Below are positions 42,901 to 58,400 of a DNA stretch of 64,000 bases, one piece after another (position 1 is the first letter of the stretch; each line of letters opens with the position of its first letter). The position numbers and the translations under genes are program-made. This DNA comes from Auanema rhodensis (lineage: Eukaryota; Animalia; Nematoda), in NCBI GenBank assembly GCA_964057225.1, contig CAXKVF010000076.1:745765-809764 (forward strand). Reading direction: 5' to 3'. The notes beneath the pieces were generated by a model that was not told where the DNA came from, made no database searches, and worked only from the letters and a program-made list of their open reading frames with translations.

Positions 42901-44430
42901 GGACATGGGGAATCTAATTTTGAAAACCGCATCTCTTTATCTTTCACGTGAAGCGAGTTACATACCAAGTGCACATCACGTGTACATTTAATTAGCATAA
43001 ATTAAAGTTCACGTAAATTTCAAAGTCATGGTTACCATGCACCAATATCAATAAAAATTTGTTTTTAGACTAATATGGACATGGGAAATCTAATTTTGAA
43101 AACCGCATCTCTTTATCTTTCACGTGAAGCGAGTTACATACCAAGTGCACATCACGTGTACATTTAATTAGCATAAATTAAAGTTCAGGTAAATTTCAAA
43201 GTCATGGTTACCATGCACCAATATCAATAAAAATTTGTTTTTAGACTAATATGGACATGGGGAATCTAATTTTGAAAACCGCATCTCTTTATCTTTCACG
43301 TGAAGCGAGTTACATACCAAGTGCACATCACGTGTACATTTAATTAGCATAAATTAAAGTTCACGTAAATTTCAAAGTCATGGTTACCATGCACCAATAT
43401 CAATAAAAATTTGTTTTTAGACTAATATGGACATGGGGAATCTAATTTTGAAAACCGCATCTCTTTATCTTTCACGTGAAGCGAGTTACATACCAAGTGC
43501 ACATCACGTGTACATTTAATTAGCATAAATTAAAGTTCACGTAAATTTCAAAGTCATGGTTACCATGAAGCAATATCAATAAAAATTTGTTTTTAGACTA
43601 ATATGGACATGGGGAATCTAATTTTGAAAACCGCATCTCTTTATCTTTCACGTGAAGCGAGTTACATACCAAGTGCACATCACGTGTACATTTAATTAGC
43701 ATAAATTAAAGTTCACGTAAATTTCAAAGTCATGGTTACCATGAAGCAATATCAATAAAAATTTGTTTTTAGACTAATATGGACATGGGGAATCTAATTT
43801 TGAAAACCGCATCTCTTTATCTTTCACGTGAAGCGAGTTACATACCAAGTGCACATCACGTGTACATTTAATTAGCATAAATTAAAGTTCACGTAAATTT
43901 CAAAGTCATGGTTACCATGAACCAATATCAATAAAAATTTGTTTTTAGACTAATATGGACATGGGGAATCTAATTTTGAAAACCGCATCTCTTTATCTTT
44001 CACGTGAAGCGAGTTACATACCAAGTGCACATCACGTGTACATTTAATTAGCATGAATTAAAGTTCACGTAAATTTCAAAGTCATGGTTACCATGAAGCA
44101 ATATCAATAAAAATTTGTTTTTAGACTAATATGGACATGGGGAATCTAATTTTGAAAACCGCATCTCTTTATCTTTCAAGTGAAGCGAGTTACATACCAA
44201 GTGCACATCACGTGTACATTTAATTAGCATGAATTAAAGTTCACGTAAATTTCAAAGTCATGGTTACCATGCACCAATATCAATAAAAATTTGTTTTTAG
44301 ACTAATATGGACATGGGGAATCTAATTTTGAAAACCGCATCTCTTTATCTTTCACGTGAAGCGAGTTACATACCAAGTGCACATCACGTGTACATTTAAT
44401 TAGCATAAATTAAAGTTCACGTAAATTTTG
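26571..44430 (-). repeat. Domain containing eight 137-bp variant monomers (39-bp deletion)
   Basis: The junction CACGTAAATTTTGTTTTTAGAC occurs at 26571, 30228, 31421, 33670, 35039, 36760, 40593 and 44426. Confidence 0.95.
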
Positions 44431-46859
44431 TTTTTAGACTAATATGGACATGGGGAATCTAATTTTGAAAACCGCATCTCTTTATCTTTCACGTGAAGCG
44501 AGTTACATACCAAGTGCACATCACGTGTACATTTAATTAGCATAAATTAAAGTTCACGTAAATTTCAAAGTCATGGTTACCATGCACCAATATCAATAAA
44601 AATTTGTTTTTAGACTAATATGGACATGGGGAATCTAATTTTGAAAACCGCATCTCTTTATCTTTCACGTGAAGCGAGTTACATACCAAGTGCACATCAC
44701 GTGTACATTTAATTAGCATAAATTAAAGTTCACGTAAATTTCAAAGTCATGGTTACCATGAAGCAATATCAATAAAATTTTGTTTTTAGACTAATATGGA
44801 CATGGGGAATCTAATTTTGAAAACCGCATCTCTTTATCTTTCACGTGAAGCGAGTTACATACCAAGTGCACATCACGTGTACATTTAATTAGCATGAATT
44901 AAAGTTCACGTAAATTTCAAAGTCATGGTTACCATGCACCAATATCAATAAAAATTTGTTTTTAGACTAATATGGACATGGGGAATCTAATTTTGAAAAC
45001 CGCATCTCTTTATCTTTCACGTGAAGCGAGTTACATACCAAGTGCACATCACGTGTACATTTAATTAGCATAAATTAAAGTTCACGTAAATTTCAAAGTC
45101 ATGGTTACCATGCACCAATATCAATAAAAATTTGTTTTTAGACTAATATGGACATGGGGAATCTAATTTTGAAAACCGCATCTCTTTATCTTTCACGTGA
45201 AGCGAGTTACATACCAAGTGCACATCACGTGTACATTTAATTAGCATAAATTAAAGTTCACGTAAATTTCAAAGTCATGGTTACCATGCACCAATATCAA
45301 TAAAAATTTGTTTTTAGACTAATATGGACATGGGGAATCTAATTTTGAAAACCGCATCTCTTTATCTTTCACGTGAAGCGATTTACATACCAAGTGCACA
45401 TCACGTGTACATTTAATTAGCATAAATTAAAGTTCACGTAAATTTCAAAGTCATGGTTACCATGCACCAATATCAATAAAAATTTGTTTTTAGACTAATA
45501 TGGACATGGGGAATCTAATTTTGAAAACCGCATCTCTTTATCTTTCACGTGAAGCGAGTTACATACCAAGTGCACATCACGTGTACATTTAATTAGCATA
45601 AATTAAAGTTCACGTAAATTTCAAAGTCATGGTTACCATGCACCAATATCAATAAAAATTTGTTTTTAGACTAAAATGGACATGGGGAATCGAATTTTGA
45701 AAACCGCATCTCTTTATCTTTCACGTAAAGCGAGTTACATACCAAGTGCACATCACGTGTACATTTAATTAGCATAAATTAAAGTTCACGTAAATTTCAA
45801 AGTCATGGTTACCATGCACCAATATCAATAAAAATTTGTTTTTAGACTAATATGGACATGGGGAATCTAATTTTGAAAACCGCATCTCTTTATCTTTCAC
45901 GTGAAGCGAGTTACATACCAAGTGCACATCACGTGTACATTTAATTAGCATAAATTAAAGTTCACGTAAATTTCAAAGTCATGGTTACCATGAAGCAATA
46001 TCAATAAAAATTTGTTTTTAGACTAATATGGACATGGGGAATCTAATTTTGAAAACCGCATCTCTTTATCTTTCACGTGAAGCGAGTTACATACCAAGTG
46101 CACATCACGTGTACATTTAATTAGCATAAATTAAAGTTCACGTAAATTTCAAAGTCATGGTTACCATGCACCAATATCAATAAAAATTTGTTTTTAGACT
46201 AATATGGACATGGGGAATCTAATTTTGAAAACCGCATCTCTTTATCTTTCACGTGAAGCGAGTTACATACCAAGTGCACATCACGTGTACATTTAATTAG
46301 CATAAATTAAAGTTCACGTAAATTTCAAAGTCATGGTTACCATGCACCAATATCAATAAAAATTTGTTTTTAGACTAATATGGACATGGGGAATCTAATT
46401 TTGAAAACCGCATCTCTTTATCTTTCACGTGAAGCGATTTACATACCAAGTGCACATCACGTGTACATTTAATTAGCATAAATTAAAGTTCACGTAAATT
46501 TCAAAGTCATGGTTACCATGCACCAATATCAATAAAAATTTGTTTTTAGACTAATATGGACATGGGGAATCTAATTTTGAAAACCGCATCTCTTTATCTT
46601 TCACGTGAAGCGAGTTACATACCAAGTGCACATCACGTGTACATTTAATTAGCATAAATTAAAGTTCACGTAAATTTCAAAGTCATGGTTACCATGCACC
46701 AATATCAATAAAAATTTGTTTTTAGACTAATATGGACATGGGGAATCGAATTTTGAAAACCGCATCTCTTTATCTTTCACGTGAAGCGAGTTACATACCA
46801 AGTGCACATCACGTGTACATTTAATTAGCATAAATTAAAGTTCACGTAAATTTCAAAGT

Positions 46860-49800
46860 CATGGTTACCATGCACCAATATCAATAAAAATTTGTTTTTA
46901 GACTAATATGGACATGGGGAATCTAATTTTGAAAACCGCATCTCTTTATCTTTCACGTGAAGCGAGTTACATACCAAGTGCACATTACGTGTACATTTAA
47001 TTAGCATAAATTAAAGTTCACGTAAATTTCAAAGTCATGGTTACCATGAACCAATATCAATAAAAATTTGTTTTTAGACTAATATGGACATGGGGAATCT
47101 AATTTTGAAAACCGCATCTCTTTAACTTTCACGTGAAGCGAGTTACATACCAAGTGCACATCACGTGTACATTTAATTAGCATAAATTAAAGTTCACGTA
47201 AATTTCAAAGTCATGGTTACCATGCACCAATATCAATAAAAATTTGTTTTTAGACTAATATGGACATGGGGAATCTAATTTTGAAAACCGCATCTCTTTA
47301 TCTTTCACGTGAAGCGAGTTACATACCAAGTGCACATCACGTGTACATTTAAATAGCATAAATTAAAGTTCACGTAAATTTCAAAGTCATGGTTACCATG
47401 CACCAATATCAATAAAAATTTGTTTTTAGACTAATATGGACATGGGGAATCTAATTTTGAAAACCGCATCTCTTTATCTTTCACGTGAAGCGAGTTACAT
47501 ACCAAGTGCACATCACGTGTACATTTAATTAGCATAAATTAAAGTTCACGTAAAATTCAAAGTCATGGTTACCATGCACCAATATCAATAAAAATTTGTT
47601 TTTAGACTAATATGGACATGGGGAATCTAATTTTGAAAACCGCATCTCTTTATCTTTCACGTGAAGCGAGTTACATACCAAGTGCACATCACGTGTACAT
47701 TTAATTAGCATAAATTAAAGTTCACGTAAATTTCAAAGTCATGGTTACCATGAACCAATATCAATAAAAATTTGTTTTTAGACTAATGTGGACATGGGGA
47801 ATCTAATTTTGAAAACCGCATCTCTTTATCTTTCACGTGAAGCGAGTTACATACCAAGTGCACATCACGTGTACATTTAATTAGCATAAATTAAAGTTCA
47901 CGTAAATTTCAAAGTCATGGTTACCATGAAGCAATATCAATAAAAATTTGTTTTTAGACTAATATGGACATGGGGAATCTAATTTTGAAAACCGCATCTC
48001 TTTATCTTTCACGTGAAGCGAGTTACATACCAAGTGCACATCACGTGTACATTTAATTAGCATAAATTAAAGTTCACGTAAATTTCAAAGTCATGGTTAC
48101 CATGAACCAATATCAATAAAAATTTGTTTTTAGACTAATATGGACATGGGGAATCTAATTTTGAAAACCGCATCTCTTTATCTTTCACGTGAAGCGAGTT
48201 ACATACCAAGTGCACATCACGTGTACATTTAATTAGCATAAATTAAAGTTCACGTAAATTTCAAAGTCATGGTTACCATGAACCAATATCAATAAAAATT
48301 TGTTTTTAGACTAATATGGACATGGGGAATCTAATTTTGAAAACCGCATCTCTTTATCTTTCACGTGAAGCGAGTTACATACCAAGTGCACATCACGTGT
48401 ACATTTAATTAGCATAAATTAAAGTTCACGTAAATTTCAAAGTCATGGTTACCATGAACCAATATCAATAAAAATTTGTTTTTAGACTAATATGGACATG
48501 GGGAATCTAATTTTGAAAACCGCATCTCTTTATCTTTCACGTGAAGCGAGTTACATACCAAGTGCACATCACGTGTACATTTAATTAGCATAAATTAAAG
48601 TTCACGTAAATTTCAAAGTCATGGTTACCATGAACCAATATCAATAAAAATTTGTTTTTAGACTAATATGGACATGGGAAATCTAATTTTGAAAACCGCA
48701 TTTCTTTATCTTTCACGTGAAGCGAGTTACATACCAAGTGCACATCACGTGTACATTTAATTAGCATAAATTAAAGTTCACGTAAATTTCAAAGTCATGG
48801 TTACCATGAAGCAATATCAATAAAAATTTGTTTTTAGACTAATATGGACATGGGGAATCTAATTTTGAAAACCGCATCTCTTTATCTTTCACGTGAAGCG
48901 AGTTACATACCAAGTGCACATCACGTGTACATTTAATTAGCATAAATTAAAGTTCACGTAAATTTCAAAGTCATGGTTACCATGAACCAATATCAATAAA
49001 AATTTGTTTTTAGACTAATATGGACATGGGGAATCTAATTTTGAAAACCGCATTTCTTTATCTTTCACGTGAAGCGAGTTACATACCAAGTGCACATCAC
49101 GTGTACATTTAATTAGCATAAATTAAAGTTCACGTAAATTTCAAAGTCATGGTTACCATGCACCAATATCAATAAAAATTTGTTTTTAGACTAATATGGA
49201 CATGGGGAATCTAATTTTGAAAACCGCATCTCTTTATCTTTCACGTGAAGCGAGTTACATACCAAGTGCACATCACGTGTACATTTAAATAGCATAAATT
49301 AAAGTTCACGTAAATTTCAAAGTCATGGTTACCATGAACCAATATCAATAAAAATTTGTTTTTAAACTAATATGGACATGGGGAATCTAATTTTGAAAAC
49401 CGCATCTCTTTATCTTTCACGTGAAGCGAGTTACATACCAAGTGCACATCACGTGTACATTTAATTAGCATAAATTAAAGTTCACGTAAACTTCAAAGTC
49501 ATGGTTACCATGAAGCAATATCAATAAAATCTTGTTTTTAGACTAATATGGACATGGGGAATCTAATTTTGAAAACCGCATCTCTTTATCTTTCACGTGA
49601 AGCGAGTTACATACCAAGTGCACATCACGTGTACATTTAATTAGCATAAATTAAAGTTCACGTAAATTTCAAAGTCATGGTTACCATGAACCAATATCAA
49701 TAAAAATTTGTTTTTAGACTAATATGGACATGGGGAATCTAATTTTGAAAACCGCATCTCTTTATCTTTCACGTGAAGCGAGTTACATACCAAGTGCACA

Positions 49801-52800
49801 TCACGTGTACATTTAATTAGCATAAATTAAAGTTCACGTAAATTTCAAAGTCATGGTTACCATGCACCAATATCAATAAAAATTTGTTTTTAGACTAATA
49901 TGGACATAGGGAATCTAATTTTGAAAACCGCATCTCTTTATCTTTCACGTGAAGCGAGTTACATACCAAGTGCACATCACGTGTACATTTAATTAGCATA
50001 AATTAAAGTTCACGTAAATTTCAAAGTCATGGTTACCATGAACCAATATCAATAAAAATTTGTTTTTAGACTAATATGGACATGGGGAATCTAATTTTGA
50101 AAACCGCATCTCTTTATCTTTCACGTGAAGCGAGTTACATACCAAGTGCACATCACGTGTACATTTAATTAGCATAAATTAAAGTTCACGTAAATTTCAA
50201 AGTCATGGTTACCATGCACCAATATCAATAAAAATTTGTTTTTAGACTAATATGGACATGGGGAATCTAATTTTGAAAACCGCATCTCTTTATCTTTCAC
50301 GTGAAGCGAGTTACATACCAAGTGCACATTACGTGTACATTTAATTAGCATAAATTAAAGTTCACGTAAATTTCAAAGTCATGGTTACCATGAACCAATA
50401 TCAATAAAAATTTGTTTTTAGACTAATATGGACATGGGGAATCTAATTTTGAAAACCGCATCTCTTTAACTTTCACGTGAAGCGAGTTACATACCAAGTG
50501 CACATCACGTGTACATTTAATTAGCATAAATTAAAGTTCACGTAAATTTCAAAGTCATGGTTACCATGCACCAATATCAATAAAAATTTGTTTTTAGACT
50601 AATATGGACATGGGGAATCTAATTTTGAAAACCGCATCTCTTTATCTTTCACGTGAAGCGAGTTACATACCAAGTGCACATCACGTGTACATTTAAATAG
50701 CATAAATTAAAGTTCACGTAAATTTCAAAGTCATGGTTACCATGCACCAATATCAATAAAAATTTGTTTTTAGACTAATATGGACATGGGGAATCTAATT
50801 TTGAAAACCGCATCTCTTTATCTTTCACGTGAAGCGAGTTACATACCAAGTGCACATCACGTGTACATTTAATTAGCATAAATTAAAGTTCACGTAAAAT
50901 TCAAAGTCATGGTTACCATGCACCAATATCAATAAAAATTTGTTTTTAGACTAATATGGACATGGGGAATCTAATTTTGAAAACCGCATCTCTTTATCTT
51001 TCACGTGAAGCGAGTTACATACCAAGTGCACATCACGTGTACATTTAATTAGCATAAATTAAAGTTCACGTAAATTTCAAAGTCATGGTTACCATGAACC
51101 AATATCAATAAAAATTTGTTTTTAGACTAATGTGGACATGGGGAATCTAATTTTGAAAACCGCATCTCTTTATCTTTCACGTGAAGCGAGTTACATACCA
51201 AGTGCACATCACGTGTACATTTAATTAGCATAAATTAAAGTTCACGTAAATTTCAAAGTCATGGTTACCATGAAGCAATATCAATAAAAATTTGTTTTTA
51301 GACTAATATGGACATGGGGAATCTAATTTTGAAAACCGCATCTCTTTATCTTTCACGTGAAGCGAGTTACATACCAAGTGCACATCACGTGTACATTTAA
51401 TTAGCATAAATTAAAGTTCACGTAAATTTCAAAGTCATGGTTACCATGAACCAATATCAATAAAAATTTGTTTTTAGACTAATATGGACATGGGGAATCT
51501 AATTTTGAAAACCGCATCTCTTTATCTTTCACGTGAAGCGAGTTACATACCAAGTGCACATCACGTGTACATTTAATTAGCATAAATTAAAGTTCACGTA
51601 AATTTCAAAGTCATGGTTACCATGCACCAATATCAATAAAAATTTGTTTTTAGACTAATATGGACATGGGGAATCTAATTTTGAAAACCGCATCTCTTTA
51701 TCTTTCACGTGAAGTGAGTTACATACCAAGTGCACATCACGTGTACATTTAATTAGCATAAATTAAAGTTCACGTAAATTTCAAAGTCATGGTTACCATG
51801 AACCAATATCAATAAAAATTTGTTTTTAGACTAATATGGACATGGGGAATCTAATTTTGAAAACCGCATCTCTTTATCTTTCACGTGAAGCGAGTTACAT
51901 ACCAAGTGCACATCACGTGTACATTTAATTAGCATAAATTAAAGTTCACGTAAATTTCAAAGTCATGGTTACCATGAACCAATATCAATAAAAATTTGTT
52001 TTTAGACTAATATGGACATGGGAAATCTAATTTTGAAAACCGCATTTCTTTATCTTTCACGTGAAGCGAGTTACATACCAAGTGCACATCACGTGTACAT
52101 TTAATTAGCATAAATTAAAGTTCACGTAAATTTCAAAGTCATGGTTACCATGAAGCAATATCAATAAAAATTTGTTTTTAGACTAATATGGACATGGGGA
52201 ATCTAATTTTGAAAACCGCATCTCTTTATCTTTCACGTGAAGCGAGTTACATACCAAGTGCACATCACGTGTACATTTAATTAGCATAAATTAAAGTTCA
52301 CGTAAATTTCAAAGTCATGGTTACCATGAACCAATATCAATAAAAATTTGTTTTTAGACTAATATGGACATGGGGAATCTAATTTTGAAAACCGCATCTC
52401 TTTATCTTTCACGTGAAGCGAGTTACATACCAAGTGCACATCACGTGTACATTTAATTAGCATAAATTAAAGTTCACGTAAATTTCAAAGTCATGGTTAC
52501 CATGAACCAATATCAATAAAAATTTGTTTTTAGACTAATATGGACATGGGAAATCTAATTTTGAAAACCGCATTTCTTTATCTTTCACGTGAAGCGAGTT
52601 ACATACCAAGTGCACATCACGTGTACATTTAATTAGCATAAATTAAAGTTCACGTAAATTTCAAAGTCATGGTTACCATGAAGCAATATCAATAAAAATT
52701 TGTTTTTAGACTAATATGGACATGGGGAATCTAATTTTGAAAACCGCATCTCTTTATCTTTCACGTGAAGCGAGTTACATACCAAGTGCACATCACGTGT

Positions 52801-55800
52801 ACATTTAATTAGCATAAATTAAAGTTCACGTAAATTTCAAAGTCATGGTTACCATGAACCAATATCAATAAAAATTTGTTTTTAGACTAATATGGACATG
52901 GGGAATCTAATTTTGAAAACCGCATTTCTTTATCTTTCACGTGAAGCGAGTTACATACCAAGTGCACATCACGTGTACATTTAATTAGCATAAATTAAAG
53001 TTCACGTAAATTTCAAAGTCATGGTTACCATGCACCAATATCAATAAAAATTTGTTTTTAGACTAATATGGACATGGGGAATCTAATTTTGAAAACCGCA
53101 TCTCTTTATCTTTCACGTGAAGCGAGTTACATACCAAGTGCACATCACGTGTACATTTAAATAGCATAAATTAAAGTTCACGTAAATTTCAAAGTCATGG
53201 TTACCATGAACCAATATCAATAAAAATTTGTTTTTAAACTAATATGGACATGGGGAATCTAATTTTGAAAACCGCATCTCTTTATCTTTCACGTGAAGCG
53301 AGTTACATACCAAGTGCACATCACGTGTACATTTAATTAGCATAAATTAAAGTTCACGTAAACTTCAAAGTCATGGTTACCATGAAGCAATATCAATAAA
53401 ATCTTGTTTTTAGACTAATATGGACATGGGGAATCTAATTTTGAAAACCGCATCTCTTTATCTTTCACGTGAAGCGAGTTACATACCAAGTGCACATCAC
53501 GTGTACATTTAATTAGCATAAATTAAAGTTCACGTAAATTTCAAAGTCATGGTTACCATGAACCAATATCAATAAAAATTTGTTTTTAGACTAATATGGA
53601 CATGGGGAATCTAATTTTGAAAACCGCATCTCTTTATCTTTCACGTGAAGCGAGTTACATACCAAGTGCACATCACGTGTACATTTAAATAGCATAAATT
53701 AAAGTTCACGTAAATTTCAAAGTCATGGTTACCATGCACCAATATCAATAAAAATTTGTTTTTAGACTAATATGGACATGGGGAATCTAATTTTGAAAAC
53801 CGCATCTCTTTATCTTTCACGTGAAGCGAGTTACATACCAAGTGCACATCACGTGTACATTTAATTAGCATAAATTAAAGTTCACGTAAAATTCAAAGTC
53901 ATGGTTACCATGCACCAATATCAATAAAAATTTGTTTTTAGACTAATATGGACATGGGGAATCTAATTTTGAAAACCGCATCTCTTTATCTTTCACGTGA
54001 AGCGAGTTACATACCAAGTGCACATCACGTGTACATTTAATTAGCATAAATTAAAGTTCACGTAAATTTCAAAGTCATGGTTACCATGAACAAATATCAA
54101 TAAAAATTTGTTTTTAGACTAATATGGACATGGGGAATCTAATTTTGAAAACCGCATCTCTTTATCTTTCACGTGAAGTGAGTTACATACCAAGTGCACA
54201 TCACGTGTACATTTAATTAGCATAAATTAAAGTTCACGTAAATTTCAAAGTCATGGTTACCATGAACCAATATCAATAAAAATTTGTTTTTAGACTAATG
54301 TGGACATGGGGAATCTAATTTTGAAAACCGCATCTCTTTATCTTTCACGTGAAGCGAGTTACATACCAAGTGCACATCACGTGTACATTTAATTAGCATA
54401 AATTAAAGTTCACGTAAATTTCAAAGTCATGGTTACCATGAAGCAATATCAATAAAAATTTGTTTTTAGACTAATATGGACATGGGGAATCTAATTTTGA
54501 AAACCGCATCTCTTTATCTTTCACGTGAAGCGAGTTACATACCAAGTGCACATCACGTGTACATTTAATTAGCATAAATTAAAGTTCACGTAAATTTCAA
54601 AGTCATGGTTACCATGAACCAATATCAATAAAAATTTGTTTTTAGACTAATATGGACATGGGGAATCTAATTTTGAAAACCGCATCTCTTTATCTTTCAC
54701 GTGAAGCGAGTTACATACCAAGTGCACATCACGTGTACATTTAATTAGCATAAATTAAAGTTCACGTAAATTTCAAAGTCATTGTTACCATGAACCAATA
54801 TCAATAAAAATTTGTTTTTAGACTAATATGGACATGGGGAATCTAATTTTGAAAACCGCATCTCTTTATCTTTCACGTGAAGCGAGTTACATACCAAGTG
54901 CACATCACGTGTACATTTAATTAGCATAAATTAAAGTTCACGTAAATTTCAAAGTCATGGTTACCATGCACCAATATCAATAAAAATTTGTTTTTAGACT
55001 AATATGGACATGGGGAATCTAATTTTGAAAACCGCATCTCTTTATCTTTCACGTGAAGCGAGTTACATACCAAGTGCACATCACGTGTACATTTAATTAG
55101 CATAAATTAAAGTTCACGTAAATTTCAAAGTCATGGTTACCATGAAGCAATATCAATAAAAATTTGTTTTTAGACTAATATGGACATGGGGAATCTAATT
55201 TTGAAAACCGCATCTCTTTATCTTTCACGTGAAGCGAGTTACATACCAAGTGCACATCACGTGTACATTTAATTAGCATAAATTAAAGTTCACGTAAATT
55301 TCAAAGTCATGGTTACCATGAACCAATATCAATAAAAATTTGTTTTTAGACTAATATGGACATGGGAATCTAATTTTGAAAACCGCATTTCTTTATCTTT
55401 CACGTGAAGCGAGTTACATACCAAGTGCACATCACGTGTACATTTAATTAGCATAAATTAAAGTTCACGTAAATTTCAAAGTCATGGTTACCATGCACCA
55501 ATATCAATAAAAATTTGTTTTTAGACTAATATGGACATGGGGAATCTAATTTTGAAAACCGCATCTCTTTATCTTTCACGTGAAGCGAGTTACATACCAA
55601 GTGCACATCACGTGTACATTTAAATAGCATAAATTAAAGTTCACGTAAATTTCAAAGTCATGGTTACCATGAACCAATATCAATAAAAATTTGTTTTTAA
55701 ACTAATATGGACATGGGGAATCTAATTTTGAAAACCGCATCTCTTTATCTTTCACGTGAAGCGAGTTACATACCAAGTGCACATCACGTGTACATTTAAT

Positions 55801-58400
55801 TAGCATAAATTAAAGTTCACGTAAACTTCAAAGTCATGGTTACCATGAAGCAATATCAATAAAATCTTGTTTTTAGACTAATATGGACATGGGGAATCTA
55901 ATTTTGAAAACCGCATCTCTTTATCTTTCACGTGAAGCGAGTTACATACCAAGTGCACATCACGTGTACATTTAATTAGCATAAATTAAAGTTCACGTAA
56001 ATTTCAAAGTCATGGTTACCATGAACCAATATCAATAAAAATTTGTTTTTAGACTAATATGGACATGGGGAATCTAATTTTGAAAACCGCATCTCTTTAT
56101 CTTTCACGTGAAGCGAGTTACATACCAAGTGCACATCACGTGTACATTTAAATAGCATAAATTAAAGTTCACGTAAATTTCAAAGTCATGGTTACCATGC
56201 ACCAATATCAATAAAAATTTGTTTTTAGACTAATATGGACATGGGGAATCTAATTTTGAAAACCGCATCTCTTTATCTTTCACGTGAAGCGAGTTACATA
56301 CCAAGTGCACATCACGTGTACATTTAATTAGCATAAATTAAAGTTCACGTAAAATTCAAAGTCATGGTTACCATGCACCAATATCAATAAAAATTTGTTT
56401 TTAGACTAATATGGACATGGGGAATCTAATTTTGAAAACCGCATCTCTTTATCTTTCACGTGAAGCGAGTTACATACCAAGTGCACATCACGTGTACATT
56501 TAATTAGCATAAATTAAAGTTCACGTAAATTTCAAAGTCATGGTTACCATGAACAAATATCAATAAAAATTTGTTTTTAGACTAATATGGACATGGGGAA
56601 TCTAATTTTGAAAACCGCATCTCTTTATCTTTCACGTGAAGTGAGTTACATACCAAGTGCACATCACGTGTACATTTAATTAGCATAAATTAAAGTTCAC
56701 GTAAATTTCAAAGTCATGGTTACCATGAACCAATATCAATAAAAATTTGTTTTTAGACTAATGTGGACATGGGGAATCTAATTTTGAAAACCGCATCTCT
56801 TTATCTTTCACGTGAAGCGAGTTACATACCAAGTGCACATCACGTGTACATTTAATTAGCATAAATTAAAGTTCACGTAAATTTCAAAGTCATGGTTACC
56901 ATGAAGCAATATCAATAAAATCTTGTTTTTAGACTAATATGGACATGGGGAATCTAATTTTGAAAACCGCATCTCTTTATCTTTCACGTGAAGCGAGTTA
57001 CATACCAAGTGCACATCACGTGTACATTTAATTAGCATAAATTAAAGTTCACGTAAATTTCAAAGTCATGGTTACCATGAACCAATATCAATAAAAATTT
57101 GTTTTTAGACTAATATGGACATGGGGAATCTAATTTTGAAAACCGCATCTCTTTATCTTTCACGTGAAGCGAGTTACATACCAAGTGCACATCACGTGTA
57201 CATTTAAATAGCATAAATTAAAGTTCACGTAAATTTCAAAGTCATGGTTACCATGCACCAATATCAATAAAAATTTGTTTTTAGACTAATATGGACATGG
57301 GGAATCTAATTTTGAAAACCGCATCTCTTTATCTTTCACGTGAAGCGAGTTACATACCAAGTGCACATCACGTGTACATTTAATTAGCATAAATTAAAGT
57401 TCACGTAAAATTCAAAGTCATGGTTACCATGCACCAATATCAATAAAAATTTGTTTTTAGACTAATATGGACATGGGGAATCTAATTTGAAAACCGCATC
57501 TCTTTATCTTTCACGTGAAGCGAGTTACATACCAAGTGCACATCACGTGTACATTTAATTAGCATAAATTAAAGTTCACGTAAATTTCAAAGTCATGGTT
57601 ACCATGAACAAATATCAATAAAAATTTGTTTTTAGACTAATATGGACATGGGGAATCTAATTTTGAAAACCGCATCTCTTTATCTTTCACGTGAAGTGAG
57701 TTACATACCAAGTGCACATCACGTGTACATTTAATTAGCATAAATTAAAGTTCACGTAAATTTCAAAGTCATGGTTACCATGAACCAATATCAATAAAAA
57801 TTTGTTTTTAGACTAATGTGGACATGGGGAATCTAATTTTGAAAACCGCATCTCTTTATCTTTCACGTGAAGCGAGTTACATACCAAGTGCACATCACGT
57901 GTACATTTAATTAGCATAAATTAAAGTTCACGTAAATTTCAAAGTCATGGTTACCATGAAGCAATATCAATAAAAATTTGTTTTTAGACTAATATGGACA
58001 TGGGGAATCTAATTTTGAAAACCGCATCTCTTTATCTTTCACGTGAAGCGAGTTACATACCAAGTGCACATCACGTGTACATTTAATTAGCATAAATTAA
58101 AGTTCACGTAAATTTCAAAGTCATGGTTACCATGAACCAATATCAATAAAAATTTGTTTTTAGACTAATATGGACATGGGGAATCTAATTTTGAAAACCG
58201 CATCTCTTTATCTTTCACGTGAAGCGAGTTACATACCAAGTGCACATCACGTGTACATTTAATTAGCATAAATTAAAGTTCACGTAAATTTCAAAGTCAT
58301 TGTTACCATGAACCAATATCAATAAAAATTTGTTTTTAGACTAATATGGACATGGGGAATCTAATTTGAAAACCGCATCTCTTTATCTTTCACGTGAAGC
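46860..58400 (-). repeat. Nested higher-order duplications (19-, 3-, 14- and 6-monomer periods)
   Basis: A 3344-bp offset (19x176) links CATTAC 46986/50330, TTAACT 47125/50469, TAATGTG 47788/51132 and GGGAAAT 48679/52023. An extra 3-mer occurs at 52551. TTAAACT occurs at 49365/53237/55700 and AAATCTT at 49531/53403/55866/56922. Confidence 0.88.

Noticed and set aside
26571-44430. A single fixed-length higher-order repeat
   Set aside because: Marker spacing varies from 7 to 22 monomers, and the two 22-mer intervals differ in internal variant order.
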